Part shown: one piece after another, positions 57,136 to 64,000 of the stretch
Layout of the letters: each line of letters begins with the position of its first letter
How positions within the stretch are numbered: the stretch's first letter is position 1
From: a bacterium
Lineage (GTDB): Bacteria; Patescibacteriota; Minisyncoccia; Phycocordibacterales; UBA9973
Assembly: GCA_027484965.1 (NCBI GenBank)
Contig: JAIXRY010000006.1
Span: 65,738 to 129,737 of the forward strand
Reading direction: 5' to 3'
Length of the DNA stretch: 64,000 nucleotides
The notes under the pieces: model-generated
Database searches by the model: none
What the model was told of the DNA's origin: nothing
Seen by the model: only the letters and a program-made list of their open reading frames with translations
Translations under genes and position numbers: made by a program

Positions 57136-57624
57136 TTAGTGATTGTCACCAGAAGTGAAATCTTCTATTCTTTTTGCAAAAGTAGTCTTTTGGATTTGCT
57201 TCTCGATAAACCAAAGAACAATAAAAATAAATAATGTAAGGAATGTAGCTATTGCAGTTATTCCAAACAATCCAAATCCTGCAGACATTCCAATACCAGC
57301 AGAAACCCAAAGCCCAGTAGAGGAAGTGAGGCCTGTAATGTGATTATCTTTTATCATAATAAGACCCGCACCCAAAAATCCCACACCAGCAATAATCTGC
57401 GCTGCCATACGTAAAGGATCAAAATTAGCACTACCTTGGTGTTGAGAAGATATCAAAACAGATATAACAACAAACAAAGCAGAACCCATTGAAACTAGGG
57501 CATAAGTTCTCATTCCAGCAGTCTTATTTGCAAGAAGTCTTTCTGTACCAATAAGCATTCCACAAAACATCGCAACAAAAAGCTTAACAAAAATATCAAC
57601 TGTTTCTGTATTAAATAAATCCAT
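57136..57624 (-). CDS. mgtC: MgtC/SapB-family membrane protein
   Basis: GTERLLANKTAGMRTYALVSMGSAL matches the MgtC N-terminal signature. Confidence 0.75.
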   Translation of the reverse strand: MDLFNTETVDIFVKLFVAMFCGMLIGTERLLANKTAGMRTYALVSMGSALFVVISVLISSQHQGSANFDPLRMAAQIIAGVGFLGAGLIMIKDNHITGLTSSTGLWVSAGIGMSAGFGLFGITAIATFLTLFIFIVLWFIEKQIQKTTFAKRIEDFTSGDNH

Positions 57625-57668
57625 ATATATAAATTATAGACTATTTACAACAAAAAGGGTGTGGAGAA

Positions 57669-58769
57669 TTATTTTACAATTCCTCCACCAATACATATGT
57701 CTCTATCATATAAAACAATAGATTGACCAGAAGCAACCAGGATAGCTACTCCGAAAAAGACTTTATCATTCATGACTTTGACCTTATAAAATTCTCCATG
57801 ATAACGTATTTGAGCATCATAAACTTTATTTTCAACAATTTCTTCTCTAAAAACAGTATTTATTAAAGCAAATTCTTTTTTATAAAAACCATCTTCACTA
57901 TGACTATCAGAAAGTGGGTTATTATTAGAAACTATAATTTCATTTTTTTCTATGTCTTTATGAATTACGTAATACGGTAAATCATTTGTAGACTTTTTAA
58001 GATTATTAAAAGAGAGTCTTTCTCCAAGAGTTACAAAAAGTGTCCCAGTATGTGTACCTAGAATTTCACCATTTTCATGAATTACATTTCCATCTTTTTC
58101 TTCAATATAATTCATAAGAAAATCTTTCATATCTACCTCACCCAAGAAACAGATTCCCTGACTATCTTTCTTTGTAGCTGTTGGAAGATTATATTTCAAA
58201 GCAAGTTTTCTTACATCACTTTTTTCTAGAGAGCCAACAGGAAAAAGCGTGTGTGATAAATCGTCTTTTGTAAGTGTCCAAAGGAAATAACATTGATCTT
58301 TAGATTCGTCTTTTCCTTTACAAAGAGAGTTGTTTTTATTCTGTGTATAGTGTCCTGTAGCAATAAACTTGGCACCGTGATCTTTTGCAAAATTCCAAAA
58401 TACTCCAAATTTTACTTCACGATTACACATTACATCTGGATTAGGGGTGCGACCAAGTTTGTATTCATTAATCATATAATCAGCTACACCTCTCTTATAA
58501 GCTTCTTCTCCATCACATTCAAGAAATGGAATACCGAGTGAAGCGCATACGCGAATAGCATCGCGACGTTCGTCACGCCAAGAACATTCGAGGAATTCTG
58601 GGGTCCAAGTACGAATAAAAACACCAGTTACATCATAACCTTCATCTTTTAGGATTGCAGCCGTTACAGACGAATCTACACCACCAGAAACACCAACAAA
58701 AACCTTAGTCTTTCTTGGTATTTCTATTTCTTTTTTTGATTTTCCAAAAATTGAAAACATTATTGACAT
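57669..58769 (-). CDS. mnmA: tRNA-specific 2-thiouridylase MnmA
   Basis: PP-loop VFVGVSGGVDSSV plus the MnmA central and C-terminal domains. Confidence 0.9.
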   Translation of the reverse strand: MSIMFSIFGKSKKEIEIPRKTKVFVGVSGGVDSSVTAAILKDEGYDVTGVFIRTWTPEFLECSWRDERRDAIRVCASLGIPFLECDGEEAYKRGVADYMINEYKLGRTPNPDVMCNREVKFGVFWNFAKDHGAKFIATGHYTQNKNNSLCKGKDESKDQCYFLWTLTKDDLSHTLFPVGSLEKSDVRKLALKYNLPTATKKDSQGICFLGEVDMKDFLMNYIEEKDGNVIHENGEILGTHTGTLFVTLGERLSFNNLKKSTNDLPYYVIHKDIEKNEIIVSNNNPLSDSHSEDGFYKKEFALINTVFREEIVENKVYDAQIRYHGEFYKVKVMNDKVFFGVAILVASGQSIVLYDRDICIGGGIVK

Positions 58770-58818
58770 AGTATCAAAATTTATTTAAAAAAACTACCTG
58801 CCTGGTAGTTTTTTTAAA

Positions 58819-59385
58819 TTACTTTATTTGCATCAATTTCTCATAGACCTCTGCAAGAGCTCTTGCGTCAGAGAGTGCTGTGTGAGCATTTTTGTTTTCA
58901 ATCTTAAAATATTCGCAAAGGTTCCTCAAAGAAAACTTATCTACATCATCTGTGTGGTGAAATTTTGCAAATGCGATAGCTATAGTGTCGAGCTTATGAT
59001 AATGCATTTCATTTTTTACTCCAGCGAGACGGAATGCCTTTTCGATAAACATATAATCAAAACACGCGTTGTGCGCCACAAAAATAGCATCTTTTGTCTT
59101 TTCGGCAAATATTTGCATTGCTTCCTTGAGTGTATAAGCAAATATCCAATCAGCTGGTTCATAACCATTCACACGAAGTGCCTGAGCATCAGCTGTCTCG
59201 ATATGTTCTGGTTTTATTTTTAATTCGAATTCATCAACGTGTTTAAGTACACATTTTCCAGTAGACCAATCTTGTTCCATAATCACACATCCTATCTGTA
59301 TTAATTCTTGTGTATCTGGATTAAATCCTGTTGTTTCTGTGTCAATAAAAGCTAAATTGTGTTTTTTCATATATAAACCGAGCAA
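58819..59385 (-). CDS. DEDDh 3'-5' exonuclease (DnaQ/epsilon-like)
   Basis: Exo I FIDTETTG, Exo II and Exo III (H...D) motifs. Confidence 0.75.
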   Translation of the reverse strand: MLGLYMKKHNLAFIDTETTGFNPDTQELIQIGCVIMEQDWSTGKCVLKHVDEFELKIKPEHIETADAQALRVNGYEPADWIFAYTLKEAMQIFAEKTKDAIFVAHNACFDYMFIEKAFRLAGVKNEMHYHKLDTIAIAFAKFHHTDDVDKFSLRNLCEYFKIENKNAHTALSDARALAEVYEKLMQIK

Positions 59386-59421
59386 ATAAATTATTTATTA
59401 TTTTATTTTTTATCGGAGGTG

Positions 59422-60387
59422 CTATCTATTATCAATGTATTTTCTCTTATTTGCAAGATGATCCTTATAGTTTATTCCATAATGAGCAACACCAAATGAA
59501 TCATGTAAATAAAATAGATAGTCTGTCTTCTCTGGATTAAGGGCAGCCCCTATAGCCCGAAGTCCTGGATTTCCTATTGGGTTAGGTGGAAGGCCTTTAT
59601 ATTTATATGTATTGTAAGGAGAATCTATAGCCAAATCCGCACGAGTAAGTTCACTTGATTCTTTTCCAAACAAAAAGAAAAATGGAGCGTCCACTTGAAG
59701 TCTTTGGCCAATTCTTATTCTTTCCCAAAGAATTCCAGAAATTATAGCACTATCATCTTTTCCATTTGCTTCACGCTCTATAATTGACGCCATTATTATT
59801 AAGTCCTTTTCTGATGTTCCATTTGCTTTTGCATTTTCAAAAATAGTTTGTGTTTTCTTTTCAAAATTCTTTGTCATTACATCTATAACAGTATCTTCAT
59901 TTGCTGACGGGAAAAATTTATATGTATCTGGAAAAAGATATCCTTCTTTACCTTCTGTTTTTTGTAGAAAAAGCGCACCATCAAAGTTTGGAAGAACTTT
60001 TTCTGCGGTAGATTTTATTTGTTCACGAGTATATCCCTCTGGAATTGTAAGTGTAATTCTATCTATACCGAAAAGTGTTTTTGTAAATCTTTTTGCAACA
60101 TCAAAAACATAAAGTGGTTTATTAAAGAGATAGTCTCCCTGAACAATTACGTTCTCTCCTCCTGATAAAATAACAAATGCTTTAAATATTGTTTCTGAAC
60201 GGATAATACCTTCTTTATATAAAGTACGTGAAATAGAATTAACTGTATCCCCTCTTTTTACTGTAATTGTTTTTGGAAGGTTTTTATTTTGAGGTGGAGT
60301 AAAAATTATAAACGCAAAAACAACAACAAACAAAACAAACCAAAATGATTTGTTTTTAAATATTGTTTTTTTATCTTTAGGTTCCAT
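59422..60387 (-). CDS. mltG: endolytic murein transglycosylase MltG (YceG-like)
   Basis: N-terminal TM helix plus the YceG domain, including its Glu-containing catalytic block. Confidence 0.8.
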   Translation of the reverse strand: MEPKDKKTIFKNKSFWFVLFVVVFAFIIFTPPQNKNLPKTITVKRGDTVNSISRTLYKEGIIRSETIFKAFVILSGGENVIVQGDYLFNKPLYVFDVAKRFTKTLFGIDRITLTIPEGYTREQIKSTAEKVLPNFDGALFLQKTEGKEGYLFPDTYKFFPSANEDTVIDVMTKNFEKKTQTIFENAKANGTSEKDLIIMASIIEREANGKDDSAIISGILWERIRIGQRLQVDAPFFFLFGKESSELTRADLAIDSPYNTYKYKGLPPNPIGNPGLRAIGAALNPEKTDYLFYLHDSFGVAHYGINYKDHLANKRKYIDNR

Positions 60388-60388
60388 A

Positions 60389-61732
60389 TTAAATAGGTAG
60401 ATTTGTAGGAGCTTCTGATTTCTTTGATTCTAGACGCTTAAATGAAGGGGTCTCTGAAACACGACCTGGGAAGTGAAATATTGTAGCAAGTTCTTCTGTA
60501 TTCATCACCATAAGTTTCTTGTCACTTGGTGGAATAAAATGTCCAGGATGATATCCTAGCCAATACTTCAAATGCTTTGCTTTAAATGAAAATGGAAAAC
60601 GTGAATGGAAAAAATGACGATCACGATAATCTTCAAGAAGAAAGTCTTTTTGTTCAGCTGTTTTCTTTCCATCCAAGTCTTCAAATCCATGTGTATACCC
60701 TATTGTATTAGTACCTTTAAAGCCATTAAGTTCCATTGTATTGTACTGTCTAAGAAGACTTCCCACAACAGCTATCTTGTTTGCATCGAAAGAACCTTTC
60801 TTAGCTAGATAAATAGCACGAATACCTGTATCAAAAGAGAATTTTTGCAAGGCTCTTTGCATTGAATTTAAAACGTCACCCTCTACTTTAGACATTGGCA
60901 ACGCCCCTTCTTTTGCAAATGCTTTTCTATATTTATTAATTTCATTTTTTGCAGCGTCAGACCATTTTACAACCTTCTTAATCTTTTTCTTTTCTTTTGT
61001 TTCCTTATCTTCAACCTCCTCTTCTATTTCAAATAATTCCCAGTTTGAAGGACGAATACATATTTGCATCATCATATATTCATCTTTTCCAAGATTAGCC
61101 ATGTACTCAATAGTTTGAGTTATAGGATCAATTTTTTGTTCCTCTTTTACTAGAGTCTGATCAAGACCATAATCAACATAAGTCTTAATTGGGTACGCAT
61201 TGTTTTTTTCAAAACAAAATTCCATACCCCAGAGTTCTATTTCTCCAGAAGTGTAGGGTGGAATATCGTTCATATAATCAGGTACTTCATTCACTTCAGC
61301 TTGAGGATATCCTGCGTATATTTGAGACTCAACCATAGCTTTAAACTTTGATTGAATACGAATAAAGAAATATATCGCTCCACCAATAGAGACCATTTCA
61401 AGTGAGTGATAAGCTGGATATTTACCATTAAAATATTTTGAAGCCCAATCACCAAATCCACCTGTTTGATAGAGAGCATTTGTAAACATCAACTCCATTG
61501 CAGCTGGTGATTTGAAAACATCTTTTGGGATTCTAACTTCAAGAATTGTCCATTTCTGACTCCGAAGATATGTTTCATTAACATACCAAAGCCACACCTT
61601 CCATACAATAATGATAAGTACTATTGGAGCCCAAATAAAGGCTGTGTCTAAAATAAATTGTATTCCATCAGAAAGCATAGTTTGGTGCAAAAATAATTGG
61701 CATTTTAAAAGAACCGGGAGTAAGTCCTCCAA
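60389..61732 (-). CDS. hypothetical protein (447 aa) with N-terminal TM segment
   Basis: ORF coupled to mltG (1-nt gap). Its 5' end overlaps the upstream gene, so the start may be the internal MLSDG. Confidence 0.5.
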   Translation of the reverse strand: MEDLLPVLLKCQLFLHQTMLSDGIQFILDTAFIWAPIVLIIIVWKVWLWYVNETYLRSQKWTILEVRIPKDVFKSPAAMELMFTNALYQTGGFGDWASKYFNGKYPAYHSLEMVSIGGAIYFFIRIQSKFKAMVESQIYAGYPQAEVNEVPDYMNDIPPYTSGEIELWGMEFCFEKNNAYPIKTYVDYGLDQTLVKEEQKIDPITQTIEYMANLGKDEYMMMQICIRPSNWELFEIEEEVEDKETKEKKKIKKVVKWSDAAKNEINKYRKAFAKEGALPMSKVEGDVLNSMQRALQKFSFDTGIRAIYLAKKGSFDANKIAVVGSLLRQYNTMELNGFKGTNTIGYTHGFEDLDGKKTAEQKDFLLEDYRDRHFFHSRFPFSFKAKHLKYWLGYHPGHFIPPSDKKLMVMNTEELATIFHFPGRVSETPSFKRLESKKSEAPTNLPI

Positions 61733-62195
61733 CAGGTATTGCTTGAAAAATAATAAATCCCTGTCTCAATGTAGGATTTCTTGTAAGTTCAATACTAGTA
61801 CTAAAGACACTTGGAGGATTTGAGTTGCCTGATTTTGATTCTGGGGTCAATGGTAGTGGAGTATTCAGAGATACAGGAATACCATCACCATCAAAAACCT
61901 GAATACTACCAGCGTAGCCATTGTAAGCATTCCACCCACATCCGTTCACATATCCAGTGACAACCAGAGGAAACATAAGTGGCTCACTTTGAAGATTAGG
62001 TTGTAGAATACTGAGACCACACTTATAATTATTTATAGGGGTATTATTATCAATTTGACTATCTTGATTTGCAACATCAAAAGATGGTGGTTTTATAAAA
62101 AAATTACTTTTCTTAAAAAACCCAAACAAAACACCTGCAAGTAAAAATGCAATTATAATTAATACAATATTCGCGAATCCGCGATTATATTTCAT
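61668..62195 (-). CDS. membrane-anchored extracytoplasmic protein (175 aa)
   Basis: N-terminal KYNRGFANIVLIIIAFLLAG anchor, loosely prepilin-like but without Glu+5. Confidence 0.45.
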   Translation of the reverse strand: MKYNRGFANIVLIIIAFLLAGVLFGFFKKSNFFIKPPSFDVANQDSQIDNNTPINNYKCGLSILQPNLQSEPLMFPLVVTGYVNGCGWNAYNGYAGSIQVFDGDGIPVSLNTPLPLTPESKSGNSNPPSVFSTSIELTRNPTLRQGFIIFQAIPVGGLTPGSFKMPIIFAPNYAF

Positions 62196-62233
62196 ATACT
62201 TCTATTATAAAAAACTAATTGCTTTATCACAAG

Positions 62234-62270
62234 GAAAAACCACCTCTTTATGAGAGGTGGTTTTATTTTT
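62234..62270 (-). terminator. hairpin terminator AAAACCACCTC...GAGGTGGTTTT
   Basis: 11-bp stem plus T-run directly after the stop at 62278. Confidence 0.55.
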
Positions 62271-62277
62271 ATTAAAA

Positions 62278-63306
62278 TTATTTCAAACTATATAGACCAT
62301 TCTTTTCTTTTTTGAAATATTTTGCATTTTGTAGATTTACTAAGATAGTGTTTTTCTTAAGATATCTTTCTTTCATAACAGCATCGATAACATCTTCTTT
62401 TGAGAGTGGACCACTTTTCTTCAAGATTTCTTTTATAACATCTCTAACTACTCCTGGCTTATATCCCCATTCTTTAAGGGCATATACTCCACGTCCAACC
62501 AACACAAAACGCTCATCTTTAATCAATTCATTGTGACAAGTTGCAATATGAGTTTTCTTACCAAAAGTTTGACCAATAGATTCTGCTACTTCTTTGAAGT
62601 GCATTGGAGATCCATGCTTTCTCATAACAAGATATGCATAGTCTTTAATTCCACGAGTAGAGATATTTGAAGAATCTGTAGGACCCCACTCACCTAAAGG
62701 ATTTTTACCTATTCTTTTTGACATAGACAACCAACGACGGGCAACCTCTTCTGTTTGATATTCTTCTGCAACATCTCTAAGAGTTGCAATAAAACGATTT
62801 ACAAGTTCTATTTCAGACACCAACTCATCGTCTGTAAGTTCTTTGTAAATACCAGAAAGAGAATCATGAACCTTGTCTGCAAGAATAGGATCAATAGTCC
62901 AACGTGCTGAAAAATGTTCATCTTCTTTATGTTTTGTAAAATAATCATGAAGAACCAAGTAGAGATGAATGTGGTTTTGAACGCTTCTATCTTTCGAGAT
63001 ATGTGAAAGAAAATCATCTTCTCCGACAACACCACCAAGACTATTTAAAAGAGTCTTTAATTCTTCAAATACAGCAGATTCTGTTTTAAAATTTTCTGAC
63101 TTTCTGATTGACTGAAGTGCTGCATTTTCGATTTGGCGAACACGCTCACGAGTAACACCATATGTTTGACCAATAGCTTCAAGAGTCTTTCTTTCAGCGT
63201 CTTCACCTAGACCAAAGCGATTGAAAACAACGTTATATGCACGCTCTTGGAGTCCAGACAGAATGCGTTTTGTAACTTGTTTTGGTTTGAAATTAATTGG
63301 TGCCAT
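62278..63306 (-). CDS. protein beginning with a sigma-70 region 4 domain, followed by about 250 aa of unknown function
   Basis: Residues about 10-70 (ILSGLQERAYNVVFNRFGLGEDAERKTLEAIGQTYGVTRERVRQIENAALQSIRK) align with RpoD region 4.2. There is no region 2 or 3 upstream, only AT-rich non-coding sequence. Confidence 0.6.
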   Translation of the reverse strand: MAPINFKPKQVTKRILSGLQERAYNVVFNRFGLGEDAERKTLEAIGQTYGVTRERVRQIENAALQSIRKSENFKTESAVFEELKTLLNSLGGVVGEDDFLSHISKDRSVQNHIHLYLVLHDYFTKHKEDEHFSARWTIDPILADKVHDSLSGIYKELTDDELVSEIELVNRFIATLRDVAEEYQTEEVARRWLSMSKRIGKNPLGEWGPTDSSNISTRGIKDYAYLVMRKHGSPMHFKEVAESIGQTFGKKTHIATCHNELIKDERFVLVGRGVYALKEWGYKPGVVRDVIKEILKKSGPLSKEDVIDAVMKERYLKKNTILVNLQNAKYFKKEKNGLYSLK

Positions 63307-63386
63307 AGTTGTTTATAATTATTGATGTATTTAGTTAATATATGTCTAATAATACTATCACAAATAAATAATAAGTCAAATTTATA

Positions 63387-64000
63387 TTACTTTAAGATTT
63401 TCTTGCGAAGACGAGCATTTTTTGGTGTAACTTCTAGATATTCATCTTCTGCCATAGTTTCGAGCCCACGCTCAATAGTCATAATATATGGTGGTTTAAG
63501 GACAATAGCTTCATCATTACCAGAAGAGCGGACATTACTTAGGTTTTTACCTTTAATAGGATTCACCGCCATTTCATCTCCTTTTGTAACGTTTCCAATA
63601 ACCATACCTTCATAAATTTCCATACCGTGCTCAATATACAGAATTCCACGTTCTTGAAGGTTCCATAGCGCATATGCAGCAGCTTTACCAGATATCATAG
63701 ATGTCATAGAGCCAACGTCACGCTTCTTGATTTCTCCGGCAAATGGTTTAAAGCCGATAACGCGAGCAGAAATAATTCCCTCACCTTTTGTATCAATAAC
63801 AAATTGACTACGGTATCCAAGAAGTCCACGAGTTGGCATTTCAAGAATGACACGAGTAACACCATCTTTTTCTACCATATTAGTAATCATCCCACGACGA
63901 CGAGTAAGTGTTTCAATAACTGCTCCAGAATATTCTGAAGGAACATCCACTGTAACTTCTTCAAAAGGTTCCAATCTTTTACCTTCTTCTTCTTTAATAA
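63387..64000 (-). CDS. typA: GTP-binding protein TypA/BipA, C-terminal part (gene continues beyond the window)
   Basis: BipA C-terminal domain pattern EPFEEVTVDVPSEYSGAVIE...LEVTPKNARLRKKIL. The frame stays open to the window edge. Confidence 0.8.
   Translation of the reverse strand, partial: IKEEEGKRLEPFEEVTVDVPSEYSGAVIETLTRRRGMITNMVEKDGVTRVILEMPTRGLLGYRSQFVIDTKGEGIISARVIGFKPFAGEIKKRDVGSMTSMISGKAAAYALWNLQERGILYIEHGMEIYEGMVIGNVTKGDEMAVNPIKGKNLSNVRSSGNDEAIVLKPPYIMTIERGLETMAEDEYLEVTPKNARLRKKILK

Noticed and set aside
61668-62195. Type IV prepilin call for the 175-aa protein
   Set aside because: The N-terminus resembles a class III signal (RGFANIV) but lacks the near-invariant Glu at +5 and has no clear peptidase cleavage motif. 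I kept it only as a membrane-anchored protein.
1-64000. tRNA, rRNA, CRISPR arrays, integrases and transposases
   Set aside because: I scanned intergenic regions for T-arm-like GGTTCGAATCC or TTCGAATCC motifs (and reverse complements), for periodic repeats, and for recombinase motifs. None was found.

Overview
This window is an AT-rich, gene-dense bacterial chromosomal segment. Coding is mostly on the minus strand with short intergenic gaps, and many genes carry their own consensus-like promoters and hairpin terminators. The standard genetic code applies: long conserved genes are intact with TGA as a stop. Recognisable content: a reduced dcw fragment (mraY-ftsW-murG), scpA/scpB, four aminoacyl-tRNA synthetases (aspS, trpS, cysS, alaS), dnaB-recR, rplU, corA, dispersed chaperones (dnaJ, dnaK, grpE), and a ribosomal block infA-rpmJ-rpsM-rpsK-rpsD-rpoA-rplQ followed by rplM-rpsI. 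Also present are three tandem ABC exporters, an orphan sensor histidine kinase, two M3-type peptidases, mgtC, mnmA, mltG and a partial typA/bipA at the window edge. The synthetases have minimal architectures (AspRS without the large insertion, AlaRS without the C-Ala domain) and there are many short AT-rich hypothetical genes. This profile is consistent with a small-genome lineage such as the Patescibacteria/CPR, but I could not confirm it without searches. I found no rRNA, tRNA, CRISPR array, integrase or transposase. The points most worth a second look are: (1) a candidate small-peptide plus ATP-grasp ligase locus with a uORF/hairpin arrangement; (2) a hypothetical gene flanked by identical 35-bp terminator-containing direct repeats beside a duplicated rpsI 3' end and a 340-bp ORF-free tract; (3) tandem CTAnTCACTA decamers immediately upstream of dnaK and rplQ; (4) a signal-peptide-less class A beta-lactamase homolog; (5) an orphan histidine-kinase operon with a Cys-rich membrane protein and paralogous membrane proteins; (6) a protein that begins with a sigma-70 region 4 domain; (7) near-identical 3' ends of two tandem ABC exporter genes.
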